Positions 28,406-37,721 of a stretch of DNA of 64,000 nucleotides are shown here, piece after piece. Under the pieces are notes generated by a model that ran no database searches, was not told the DNA's origin, and saw nothing but the letters and a program-made list of their open reading frames with translations. Source of the stretch: a virus. Location: positions 46,317 through 110,316 of IMG/VR virus record IMGVR_UViG_3300035670_000068, one strand, 5' to 3'. Position numbers and translations under genes: made by a program. How positions within the stretch are numbered: the stretch's first letter is position 1; each line of letters starts with the position of its first letter.

Positions 28406-29128
28406 TTACCCCCAAGTTCCAAAGTTTTCAACCTTCTCGTAGCGCTTATTCGCCTCTTCGAGAGCCTTCCGGCGCGCTTCTTTCGGTCTGAGCATCCGGT
28501 GTAGTTGCTCGAAGGCACCCTTCACGCGCTCGGCGTTATTCGCGTGAGCAACCAACTTCTGAACGTAAGCCTTCAACTCTGGCGAGTAGTCGCCCAGGTC
28601 AGAAAGGGCGATGGCCAATACTGCCGAGTTGTGCTTGTTGACCACGTTGACCTGGTGCGACGGGAAGTCCTTGTGCGGCCAGGCTCGGAAGGTAATCACG
28701 ACCTCGTAGCTCATGAGCTTCGCGGCGACCGGGTAGAACGCCCAATCTTCTGTGAAGGCGACGTTCACCGGGTTCAGCTTGGCGTCACCGCCGATCACGC
28801 TGAACTTGTGGTTCGGTTTACTGGGCGAGAAACCAACGCCAAGCGTTTTCTCGAAAACATTGGTCAGCTCGCAGACCAGGTTGATATAGGCGCTCTCGTT
28901 CAGCTCGATGATCTCGTCGCCTACATGAACGTCCTCTTCCGCCAGGGTTCTCAGCGCTTCAATCACCGGCGCTGAGCCAAGCTTCGATCTACCGACCCGG
29001 AACGAGGTGTCTCGCCCGGTGCGGTAGTGTCGGATCAGGTCTTTGTTCAGAAGAGCTCGGTTGAACTCTTCTTTGCGGTCCTCCCACTGCTGATCCAGTG
29101 GGATCGCTCCATGTCGAATCAGAGGCAT
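28406..29128 (-). CDS. Hypothetical protein with C-terminal FGTWG motif
   Basis: 240-aa ORF. Confidence 0.72.
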   Translation of the reverse strand: MPLIRHGAIPLDQQWEDRKEEFNRALLNKDLIRHYRTGRDTSFRVGRSKLGSAPVIEALRTLAEEDVHVGDEIIELNESAYINLVCELTNVFEKTLGVGFSPSKPNHKFSVIGGDAKLNPVNVAFTEDWAFYPVAAKLMSYEVVITFRAWPHKDFPSHQVNVVNKHNSAVLAIALSDLGDYSPELKAYVQKLVAHANNAERVKGAFEQLHRMLRPKEARRKALEEANKRYEKVENFGTWG

Positions 29129-31056
29129 ACGGACTCCAGATAAGACTTGCCTCCCTTCTTGGTGATGGTGATCGAGTTGCGAATCCAGTCACGCAAGTCG
29201 CTGTGGCTAATTACAAGGACAGTCCCCTTGTCGTGGGACTTCTCTTCCAGGATCGTCATCAGTCGCTCCAGACCAGCCGGGTCCAGGGCGTGATCGATCT
29301 CGTCTGCGATGAAAATCTTGATCGGCTTGCTGGCTCTGCTCGACACCAGGTCTTGTAGCGCCATTGCGCAAGCCAGGCGAACCTTCCGCTTCTCGCCACC
29401 CGACAAGCCCTTGAACGACTCGGCGCCTGTTGCAGACACCACGTCGATGCTGAACTTCTCGCGCAGCTCACCCTTCGAGGTGGTGCTGATCGTCGACCAG
29501 ACGGCGGTGATGTTGCCGTCAGTGAGCGCAGACAGGTAGTGAGAGGTTCGGCTGTTCAGATACGGCGTCACTGTGTCCAGGATGTGCGCTCGAACACCTG
29601 CAGGGCCGAACACCCGGACGGCTTCTGCAGCAACGTCAGCCTTGATCTGAGCTGTCTCCTGGTGAGCCTCAAGCGCTTCGAGGTTTTTCTCAGCCTTGTC
29701 GATGGACTCGCGAACATGGCTCAGCATCTTGAGGTAGGGGTTTTCCTGTTCCTCGATCTGCTTGCACTCAGCTTGAGCCCGAGCGAGCCGAGCCTTCTTG
29801 TCCTGCTCGTTCCGAAGGGCGGTCTGGAGCTTCGTGCGCTTAGCGCTCAGAGCTTCGATTTCAGCGACGGTAGCGCTAACGTCTGTCATCGTAGCGACGA
29901 AAGCAGAAAGCGCATCAGAAGCGAGCCCAGCGCGTTTCTCAGCGTCTTCCAGCTCAGCTCTCAGACGTTTAGCTTCATGAGCTTTTTCCAGGGCGACTTT
30001 CTTGGCAGCATCTTTCGCACCGGCAACGTCAGTCGCCTCGATCACATGACCGCACTCACCGCAGGGCGAGCCCACTTTGGCGTCAGCGTGCTCGAAGGCG
30101 TGCTTGGCTTTCTGAGCGTCAGCCAGGGCGCGGTCGTAGTCACGCTTGGCGGTGATTACAGCCGAGCTGGTGTTGTGAGCATCCCGGCGAAGATCGGCTT
30201 CTTTCTTCTTCTCTTCTCCAACAGAAGCGATCTGCCCCTGCAGGTCCAGGATTTGAGAAGCGATCTCGACCAGCTTGCTCTCGATCTTGCCTTCCATAGC
30301 CGGGTCAATCGAGCCAGAGATATCGCGGAGCTCGATTGTCTTGGCTTCAACGTCGAGCTTGCGCTTCGCTTCGAAGGCGTCGCGGTTCTTCTCGGCTGTT
30401 TCCAGCTGATCATCCAGAGTGGTGATTGCAGCTCTGGCACTTGCGATCTTGCCGCTGATCTCTGCGAGGGCGTTCTTGGCGTCAGAGTGCTTGGTCTTGG
30501 CCGCTTCGAATGCAGCCTGCAGGCCGTTGATGCCAGCTGCTTCTTCGACCAGGAGCTTGAGCTGCTTGTCGGTCATGCCGGGTAGATCAGGCATTGCCTC
30601 CTGACCGGCATAAATTGCGCTCGCGAACACCTCATGAGTACAGCCGATGACCTTGTTGACGACTTCCTGGGTGAGCTTGTCGGTGCCTTTGGTGAGGTCT
30701 TTCCAGCTCTCCCCTTCCTGAATCTCCAGGCGCAGCATGTTCTTGTAGGCCTTGTCCTTGCGGTAGCGGCTCACTCGATACACGGCGCCGGCTTCGTCCA
30801 GGAGCTCGACGACAACCTGGGTGCCCTTCTTCTCGGTGCGGTTGACCACAGCATCGCCAGTTTCACCGCGAGCCGTCTCACCGTAGAACGCCCAGCAGAG
30901 CGCTTCGGCAACAGTAGACTTACCGGCTCCGTTCGAGGCCTGGCTGCTGTCGTCTTCGTTGTTGCCTTGAATCAGGATCAGACCCTTGTCGTTCAGCGGC
31001 AGAGCAGCTTCGCCAACGGCCATGAAGTTCTTGATGGACAGATTGAGGATTTTCAC
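29119..31056 (-). CDS. SbcC/Rad50/gp46-like SMC ATPase
   Basis: NGAGKST Walker A, coiled coil with CGEC Zn-hook, LSGGE signature, IADE Walker B, VISH. Confidence 0.93.
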   Translation of the reverse strand: MKILNLSIKNFMAVGEAALPLNDKGLILIQGNNEDDSSQASNGAGKSTVAEALCWAFYGETARGETGDAVVNRTEKKGTQVVVELLDEAGAVYRVSRYRKDKAYKNMLRLEIQEGESWKDLTKGTDKLTQEVVNKVIGCTHEVFASAIYAGQEAMPDLPGMTDKQLKLLVEEAAGINGLQAAFEAAKTKHSDAKNALAEISGKIASARAAITTLDDQLETAEKNRDAFEAKRKLDVEAKTIELRDISGSIDPAMEGKIESKLVEIASQILDLQGQIASVGEEKKKEADLRRDAHNTSSAVITAKRDYDRALADAQKAKHAFEHADAKVGSPCGECGHVIEATDVAGAKDAAKKVALEKAHEAKRLRAELEDAEKRAGLASDALSAFVATMTDVSATVAEIEALSAKRTKLQTALRNEQDKKARLARAQAECKQIEEQENPYLKMLSHVRESIDKAEKNLEALEAHQETAQIKADVAAEAVRVFGPAGVRAHILDTVTPYLNSRTSHYLSALTDGNITAVWSTISTTSKGELREKFSIDVVSATGAESFKGLSGGEKRKVRLACAMALQDLVSSRASKPIKIFIADEIDHALDPAGLERLMTILEEKSHDKGTVLVISHSDLRDWIRNSITITKKGGKSYLESVCL

Positions 31057-32126
31057 AGCTCGACCGCCTCTACTTCATTCATGATTTCCTCACAGAGCTT
31101 GGAAACTTCCTCTTTGTGAAGACCGATGTTGTGCGTCACCCACTCTTCGATGGACTGGCGAATAGTCGGGGCGCTGCTGACGGACACCGCTCGGGTGGTC
31201 GCTGCAGTCTTGGGAACCGGGATTGCTTGCACGACGCAACCAACTGCATCGAGAGCCATAACGTGATCGCGGATCATGGTCACTTCCTCGTCGGAAGCTG
31301 AGCCCAGGCGAACACGCACGAAGTTGCCGGCGCACTTGTCTGCCGCCTCTGCAACGTCCCAGGAGCTGTCGTAGTCGATGAACTTGGGCGCCTTGCTCTC
31401 GTAGAAGAAAACCCCCTCGTCGTTGACGATGGAGTAACCCGCTTTGGTGTTCACGTCGTTCCAGGTCTGGTGAGTCAGAGCGCCTACGCTGTAGACCTTC
31501 CCGCTCTCGAACGACTTGTGGTTGTGGTAGTGGCCACAGAAGACTCGCTTGAAGCCATGCTTGGCCAGCTCAGCAGCCCAGAAGCCATGATCAGGAAGCC
31601 CTGCAATCACGCCGTTCACCGGGACATGCAGAACCAGGGTCCACTCATGCTCAGCGCCACTCAGCTCGGTGAGGATCGATTCGATCTCGGCGCGTACCCG
31701 GTCCATGCTGTCGTACCAGGGAATCATGGCCACCTTCTCGTCACCGAACAGCTTGGGTTCAGAGACGACAATGACGCCATCGATCGTGCGCAGCGCTTCG
31801 CAGGCGCTCGACATAGCCTCAGAGTCACGCGACTCCAGGTCGTGATTGCCGGTCAGCACGCGAATGCACAAGCCATGCTTGTTGGTCAGCTTTCTGAATA
31901 GGTCGATAGCGGGGTTGAGGACGGTCGGGCTGACAGAGCCGCGAACGTGAAAGAGATCGCCCGCGATGTACAGCGTCTTGCCGCCATTCGCTTTCACCTT
32001 CATGCCGGCGTTTTCGATCTCGTCGAGAATGTGGCCGAGACGGCTGTTCAGCCCGTCAGCTGTCGTCGTTGCGAATTGGCTCCAGTTGTGCAGATGCACG
32101 TCGGAGCAGATACCGAACGGTTTCAT
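31053..32126 (-). CDS. SbcD/Mre11/gp47-like nuclease
   Basis: SDVH, AGDLFH, GNHD, GHYH metallophosphoesterase motifs; adjacent to SbcC. Confidence 0.92.
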   Translation of the reverse strand: MKPFGICSDVHLHNWSQFATTTADGLNSRLGHILDEIENAGMKVKANGGKTLYIAGDLFHVRGSVSPTVLNPAIDLFRKLTNKHGLCIRVLTGNHDLESRDSEAMSSACEALRTIDGVIVVSEPKLFGDEKVAMIPWYDSMDRVRAEIESILTELSGAEHEWTLVLHVPVNGVIAGLPDHGFWAAELAKHGFKRVFCGHYHNHKSFESGKVYSVGALTHQTWNDVNTKAGYSIVNDEGVFFYESKAPKFIDYDSSWDVAEAADKCAGNFVRVRLGSASDEEVTMIRDHVMALDAVGCVVQAIPVPKTAATTRAVSVSSAPTIRQSIEEWVTHNIGLHKEEVSKLCEEIMNEVEAVEL

Positions 32127-32223
32127 TGGTTAGTGACTCCTGTTTGACTGCTGTCAGTGTAACTAACTTGTGAGTGATTTTGTATAGCGGAAAGACGGTA
32201 TCCGAGCAGATACCGTCAGGTTG

Positions 32224-32706
32224 TTACTTGCGCTTGAGATAGATTACCGAGAACGAGTCAGCGTTCGCCAGGTAGTTCGGGCCGTACATATTGCGGATGC
32301 GTCGCTTGAGTTCGCTGGCGGGCTTTTCGTGCGGCTCAGCGATCATTAGGTGGTTGTGCTGCGCGTGCTCCTTGAGCATTTCATCCTTGTCGCCGCAGTG
32401 AACCGCTTTGACGATAGCCTCACCGACCTTCAAGCCTTCCCTGTTCAGGAGTCCAATCAACTGACCGGGTTTGACTCGACGGGACCAGGCTGAGCCCAGG
32501 CGGAAGGTGTTGAACTCGTCACCCATGCCGTCGAGCTTCTTGAACGGGATCACCGGCTGATAGTCGGTGCAGACCTGCACCTTGTCGCCTTTGATCGAGC
32601 AGGATTGGCAGTTGCCACAGGCGTCACACAGTCCACTTTTCATGTGGTAGAACTCGGCGTCAACGACCTTCAAATGGCGCAGATTACTGTTTATTGGTTG
32701 AGTCAT
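32224..32706 (-). CDS. ASCH/PUA-like protein with N-terminal Cys cluster
   Basis: CDACGNCQSC; FNTFRLG...VKPGQLI. Confidence 0.5.
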   Translation of the reverse strand: MTQPINSNLRHLKVVDAEFYHMKSGLCDACGNCQSCSIKGDKVQVCTDYQPVIPFKKLDGMGDEFNTFRLGSAWSRRVKPGQLIGLLNREGLKVGEAIVKAVHCGDKDEMLKEHAQHNHLMIAEPHEKPASELKRRIRNMYGPNYLANADSFSVIYLKRK

Positions 32707-32721
32707 GTTTCACCTACAAAG

Positions 32722-32748
32722 CAAAAGGGCGGAATGCCCGCCCTTTTG
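32722..32748. terminator. Bidirectional-type terminator
   Basis: CAAAAGGGCGG-AATGC-CCGCCCTTTTG. Confidence 0.7.
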
Positions 32749-32778
32749 TTATAGGTGACTCACAGGTTAGTGAGTGAT

Positions 32779-33141
32779 CTATGCCTTACCAAACCGCGCT
32801 TCTGCCGCAGCGAGCCTTTTTTCGAGGCTCTGTCTCAGCTTGCTCGTCTTGGGCCTGTAACCCATTGCGCGACGAATGATGCGGACGGCGAAGAACAGGA
32901 AGATGCACAGTGCCCAGGTCTGCATGAAGCCAGGCGTCTGCCAGCCAACCGGCAGGAAGGTCAGGTACACGCCCAGGCCGAACTTGGTCAGCAGGGTCCA
33001 GTAGATGACTGCCGGGATCAGTGCGAGAGCGCAGATGACGCCCACGAAGATCGAGATCGCCAGTACGAAGGCGCCCAGGATCATCAGCAGTGCGCCAAGC
33101 GCCAGACCTACAACCTTCACACACTCAAGAAACGCCTTCAT
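32779..33141 (-). CDS. Membrane protein
   Basis: Several hydrophobic helices; start MKAFLEC. Confidence 0.7.
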   Translation of the reverse strand: MKAFLECVKVVGLALGALLMILGAFVLAISIFVGVICALALIPAVIYWTLLTKFGLGVYLTFLPVGWQTPGFMQTWALCIFLFFAVRIIRRAMGYRPKTSKLRQSLEKRLAAAEARFGKA

Positions 33142-33142
33142 T

Positions 33143-34240
33143 TCACTCACCTTTTGCCAGTTCGGTGGAGAGATCGGACTCAGCAACGTCTTCGGGAACG
33201 TCCTCGCTGCTGTCGTCCACCAGAGCCATGAGCTTCTTCATGGCGTCGGGATCGGTCTGCAGATGCGCAACCAGGGCGGCCTCGAAATACTTCTTGCCCT
33301 CCCACTCGATGCGCTTGCCGTCGCGAACCATGAAGCCTTTGCGCAGCAGAAAGTCCACAGTCGAGCCGATCACGTCGATCAGAGCGCCGCCACCTTCCTT
33401 GAACAGCACACGCCACTTCGCTTTCTGGAACGGGCGAGCGACCTTGTTCTTGACGATGTTGGCGGTGATCTCCTGGCCGCTGATCTGCTTCTCGTCGCCG
33501 GTCTTGCCGTTGGTGATCATCTTGCGACCCAGGCTGATGCGGATCGAGGCGTAGAACTCTGCAGCCTGGCCACCAGGAGTAGTGGTCGGATCGCCGAACA
33601 TCACACCCGGCTTCATGCGAATCTGGTTCAGCAGCAGGACGGTCATGTTGTAGTCCTCTGCGAACTGCGCCAGGATCGGGTAGCTCTGAGAGGTGGCGGT
33701 CGCCAGGGCCAGCTTGTCGCGCATGTTGTAGTCGCCAGCAGCGCGACGGTTGCCCTTCTCGTCGTACAGCTTGTCGTGCGGGATCATCGACGCCACAGAG
33801 TCGAATACCCACACCAGCGGGGCGTCGTCCGGGATCAGCTTGCGCTTGCGCACTTGCTCGGCGAAGGTCACAGCGATCTGGATCGACTCTTCGAAGGTCT
33901 GCGGACGCTTGTACACGAACAGACCAGTGTTCGGGTCGGTCTCCATACCCAGGCTGGCGGCGAGCTTCGGATCGAAGCTGCGTTCGTGGTCGCTGAAACC
34001 GGCGATACCGCCAGCTTCTTGGGCCGCCTTCATGATCATGGTGGCGATGAAGGTCTTACCAGAAGAGGCTGGACCGAAAATCTCGATCACTCGACCACCA
34101 GGGATGCCGTTCTCGTAGCTAGCAGACAGAGCCTTGTTCAGCTCCGGGATGCCGGTGTCGAGCCAGTTCTTGATGCCTACTTGCTCAGCGTTCTCACCGA
34201 TGATGCCGGCGAGAGCTGCAGCCAATGCAGTCTTGGTCAT
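33143..34240 (-). CDS. recA: RecA/UvsX-like recombinase
   Basis: GPASSGKT, DHERSFD, FDSVA, LNQIRMKPGVMFGDPTTTPGG, KNKVARPF. Confidence 0.95.
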   Translation of the reverse strand: MTKTALAAALAGIIGENAEQVGIKNWLDTGIPELNKALSASYENGIPGGRVIEIFGPASSGKTFIATMIMKAAQEAGGIAGFSDHERSFDPKLAASLGMETDPNTGLFVYKRPQTFEESIQIAVTFAEQVRKRKLIPDDAPLVWVFDSVASMIPHDKLYDEKGNRRAAGDYNMRDKLALATATSQSYPILAQFAEDYNMTVLLLNQIRMKPGVMFGDPTTTPGGQAAEFYASIRISLGRKMITNGKTGDEKQISGQEITANIVKNKVARPFQKAKWRVLFKEGGGALIDVIGSTVDFLLRKGFMVRDGKRIEWEGKKYFEAALVAHLQTDPDAMKKLMALVDDSSEDVPEDVAESDLSTELAKGE

Positions 34241-34258
34241 TTTCTTGATCTCTCAGGT

Positions 34259-35224
34259 TTATTTGGCGAACTTTTCGAACGCCTGTTTCCATGCAGCCTC
34301 GTTCTTCACGATGCTCGCGAAGCTCAGCTCATGGCATTTATCGATGAAGCCATCCATGTCCATTGGGGAATGGGACTTGACGATCTTCTCGATGATCTCG
34401 GTAGAGCGGTGGCGCTTGGACAGGAGGTTCATCAGCTGCATGTTGCGCTTGAAGATTTCCAGGCCATCGCCATAGGCGAAGTTGCTCAGCTTCTTGCGCC
34501 AGCGAGACAGCTCTTCCGGCAGGTCGCCCTTCTCGAACTCGCCGCTTGCATGGCTAGCGTGAGCGCCGGACCACTGGATGAACTTGGGGATGCTGCCGTA
34601 CAGCTGGAACAGCAGAGCAAGGCACTTCTCCCCTACCCCTTCGACGCCGTTGATGTTGTCGCTGGAGTCGCCCAGGACAGCTTTCGCTTGGCTGAACAGA
34701 ACGGGGTTGGCGTAGCCGGTCTTCTCTTCGAAGCTCATGGCAGTGATCAACCGGCCCTCTTCGCGAGGATCGAACCAGATCACGTCGGGGCATACGAGCT
34801 GGAGCCAGTCCTTGTCGCCGCTGACCAGGACGATCTTCTGACCAGGCTCGCGGTTGTGAACGATGGCAGCGCCCAGGTCGTCAGCTTCTTCACCTTGAGC
34901 CATCCACTGAGCTACGCCCAGCATCGAGAGCATCTTGCGAATGACCGGCGTCTGCTCCTTGTACGCAGCGCGAGACTTGACCTTCTCAGGACTGTCGTCG
35001 CGTTTGCCTTTGTACTCGGGGAAGATTTCGTAGCGCCACTTGGCTCGGGAGTCCCACAGAACGATCAGCTCGGAGGCGTCTTGACCGAAACGATCGATCA
35101 CCGCCTTGATCATCTTGAGGGTGAAGAAAATTGCTTGGACTTGCTTGCCGTGAACGGTCAGCTCGCGAACGCTATGGGCTGCATAGCCGATGGAGTTGCC
35201 GTCGATGACAATCTTGGTGCTCAT
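34259..35224 (-). CDS. 5'-3' exonuclease (PolI N-terminal / T4 RNase H-like)
   Basis: IDGNS, YKGKR, EADD, SGDKDWLQL, GDSSDNINGVEGVGEK. Confidence 0.93.
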   Translation of the reverse strand: MSTKIVIDGNSIGYAAHSVRELTVHGKQVQAIFFTLKMIKAVIDRFGQDASELIVLWDSRAKWRYEIFPEYKGKRDDSPEKVKSRAAYKEQTPVIRKMLSMLGVAQWMAQGEEADDLGAAIVHNREPGQKIVLVSGDKDWLQLVCPDVIWFDPREEGRLITAMSFEEKTGYANPVLFSQAKAVLGDSSDNINGVEGVGEKCLALLFQLYGSIPKFIQWSGAHASHASGEFEKGDLPEELSRWRKKLSNFAYGDGLEIFKRNMQLMNLLSKRHRSTEIIEKIVKSHSPMDMDGFIDKCHELSFASIVKNEAAWKQAFEKFAK

Positions 35225-35299
35225 ACTCGACTCCTGGATGAAGTGAGGGGCCGTTAAGCCCCTCACATTGCTTTGCCTAACTCACTTGTTAGTGAGGTA

Positions 35300-36115
35300 T
35301 TAGCCCAGCAGTTCATCCAGCTCGTCGAGGTCGTCCATGTCCAGGTCAGCAGGCTTGGAAGCCGAGCCGCTTACCGGGATATAGTCGGCGTCTTCCGCGT
35401 CGGACATATCAGCCAGAGCAGCGCTGCTGCGCGAAGCAGGCAGAGCAGTGGCCGGCGCCGAGACGCCGATGATAGTGCCGATTGCGTTCAGAGCTTTCAG
35501 CTGGCCAGCGGAGTTTTCCTGAGCAACGAACTCGTCCAGGTTCACCAGGTTCACCAGAACCGCTTTGTTCACCGGAGTGGACTTCGCGCTCGGGAGAACG
35601 GTGTAGCTGGTATCCAGACCAGAGCCTTCACGCTTGATCTTGATATCGATGCCGCTGTCCAGGTCGGTGATATCACCGTATTCCTTGACCAGTTCGCAGA
35701 TGGACTCGAACACACCCTGACCAACTTCGAGCACCTGGACTTTGGTCGGCTCGGAGCCGGTCAGGTGCAGGACGTTCATCAGGTAGCGCTGGGCGGAACC
35801 AGCTTTCTTGAGGTATTCGGTCATCTTGTCGTCGGTGGAAACACCGAGCGACTTCTTGATGCACTCGCAGACTTCACAGGGCTTACCGAAGGTCTTCTCG
35901 GTGCAGACGTAGACCGCTTCCGGCTTGTCACCGGAGGCCGGCGACTTGATGAAGTGGATCGCCCAGTCGTGCCAGAACTGCTTGTCGTCACCACCGCGCC
36001 AGCCAGGCAGGATGCGATAGCGATGATCACCGGCTGCCGGTTTCAGAGTCGCTTGACGCGACTTCTTGGCTGCCATTTCTTTCTGCTTGTTCTGGATCAG
36101 TGCGAGAATATCCAT
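35300..36115 (-). CDS. gp32-like single-stranded DNA-binding protein
   Basis: RILP, H...C...CxxC Zn site, G.DIKIKREGSG.DTSY, acidic tail DDLDELDELLG; lies in the recombination cluster. Confidence 0.75.
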   Translation of the reverse strand: MDILALIQNKQKEMAAKKSRQATLKPAAGDHRYRILPGWRGGDDKQFWHDWAIHFIKSPASGDKPEAVYVCTEKTFGKPCEVCECIKKSLGVSTDDKMTEYLKKAGSAQRYLMNVLHLTGSEPTKVQVLEVGQGVFESICELVKEYGDITDLDSGIDIKIKREGSGLDTSYTVLPSAKSTPVNKAVLVNLVNLDEFVAQENSAGQLKALNAIGTIIGVSAPATALPASRSSAALADMSDAEDADYIPVSGSASKPADLDMDDLDELDELLG

Positions 36116-36237
36116 AGTTTTTACGCCTCGTTTCGGATGTTGGGATTTTTCGAATCTTCGAATCTTCGGATTTTTCAGACTCACCAACTAAGCAGCTCGC
36201 CGTAACTAACTGCTTAGTGATGTTTGTAGTCTAACAG

Positions 36238-36750
36238 TCAGTCGCACGAACTGCTAGAGGTAGAACAAGAGCTGCCGCTATCGCTGCTCGAACTGCCGCC
36301 CCAGGAGCTCGAACTGCCGCAACTGCGGGAGCTTTCGTAGCTGCTGGAAGAGCTGTACGACGGCTCACAGGAGCTGCTGCGCGAAGAGCGGTCGTCGTCC
36401 AGGTTCAGCGGGTTTGCCGGGTTCAACGGATGCGACACGCTCATGGGGTTCAGCGGGTTGCTCAGATCGTTGTCATAGCGACGTGCCGGCGTTGCGTGCG
36501 CGGTCGGCTTCGGTTCGCGTCGAGTCGCAGGTGCAGCCTTTGCGACCGGCTTCGGTCGGCTGATCTGATCAACACGAACAGGCGGAACAACCAGATCGCT
36601 GGCGAAGGTAGGAGCTCGACGAGCCTCGATCTTCTTCTCCAGCTCACGGATCGCCTGTTGGCGCACGCGGTTGGTGTCGCGATAGATGGCATAGCCAACA
36701 GCTACAACAGTGAGCAGTGTGGCGCCGCCCAGGATCAGTTCAGTGTTCAT
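36238..36750 (-). CDS. Membrane-anchored protein with Ser-rich C-terminal tail
   Basis: N-terminal TM helix, NPLNP repeats, SSSS...CD tail. Confidence 0.7.
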   Translation of the reverse strand: MNTELILGGATLLTVVAVGYAIYRDTNRVRQQAIRELEKKIEARRAPTFASDLVVPPVRVDQISRPKPVAKAAPATRREPKPTAHATPARRYDNDLSNPLNPMSVSHPLNPANPLNLDDDRSSRSSSCEPSYSSSSSYESSRSCGSSSSWGGSSSSDSGSSCSTSSSSCD

Positions 36751-37664
36751 GCGGTTTTACCCAATGCTGCGAGGGCGGCTGCGCCCGGATGTTCTTTGGT
36801 ACGGACGCTGCCCTGCGCTTCTGCACGCAGATCGGCGCCAACTTGGATCAGCATGTCCCGGCGATGGCGGAAGCTGTCAGCGGCAGACTTGACCATTTCG
36901 GCAATAGCCTTCGCTTCGTGCTTGCGCATCAGGGTCTTCTGATACTTGGTGTCCTTGATGATCGCGGACTTGATCATGTTCTCGGTCGCTTTCGTACCGG
37001 CGCTGGCGAAGGCGTCGCGATACTTCTGATCCAACTGAGCTTCAACCAGGTCAACCTGTTGATCTGCGCGGTCAGCCTGGAACTGAGCCTTGTGTGCGAG
37101 CATCGAGTAGTGGGCGAACAGTGAGGCTTGGCGGGTCATCGCCAGACTGATGTTGGTCTGAGTGAACGCCAGGTCTTCGCGAAGCTGATCCGGGTCAATG
37201 TAGGTCCGCAGGTCAGAGCTGGGGGAGAAATCGTCCACCACCTCTTCACGCTTCGGTTCGACCGGCTCGGGCTTGGTCGGCTCAGCAGCTTCGACGGAGG
37301 CGAGTAGAGCTTCGACTTCATCGACCTCTTCACCGATGCCTTCTTCGATCAGCGCCAGCTCTTCGGCTTGCTGTTCTTCGGTCAGCTCGCGGGCGGCGAT
37401 CACGTTGTCCTGGGGCAGCTCGGTCAGAGCTTCTTGAGCCAGGTCTTCTGCAGTCACCTTCTCGGCGACTTCCGACTGCGGCTGCTCGATCTCTTCCAGG
37501 GCGGCCAGATCAGCCTCGTCCAGCTCGATCTCCGCTACCGGCTCTGCAGCCTTCGGCGCTTCAACTACGGGCGTGGTTTCGGCTGCAGCGATTGCCTCGA
37601 TATCTTCATCGAGACCGGCAAGCAGCGCCTCCAGCTCGTCGATTTCTACTTCGGGTTTGGACAT
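36747..37664 (-). CDS. Acidic N-terminus plus putative UvsY-like recombination mediator domain
   Basis: Helical C-terminal ~135 aa resembles T4 UvsY in pattern; context of RecA and gp32. Confidence 0.55.
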   Translation of the reverse strand: MSKPEVEIDELEALLAGLDEDIEAIAAAETTPVVEAPKAAEPVAEIELDEADLAALEEIEQPQSEVAEKVTAEDLAQEALTELPQDNVIAARELTEEQQAEELALIEEGIGEEVDEVEALLASVEAAEPTKPEPVEPKREEVVDDFSPSSDLRTYIDPDQLREDLAFTQTNISLAMTRQASLFAHYSMLAHKAQFQADRADQQVDLVEAQLDQKYRDAFASAGTKATENMIKSAIIKDTKYQKTLMRKHEAKAIAEMVKSAADSFRHRRDMLIQVGADLRAEAQGSVRTKEHPGAAALAALGKTA

Positions 37665-37721
37665 TTCTGTGCCTCGTTCTCGTTGTTTCTGCGACTATTA
37701 ACTAACTATTTAGTGAGGGGC

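Noticed and set aside
33005-35257. Long plus-strand ORFs (750 aa here; also 25224..26843, 43698..45515, 57634..59235, 42215..43531)
   Set aside because: Antisense shadows of well-supported minus-strand genes caused by GC-rich codon bias; no recognisable motifs.
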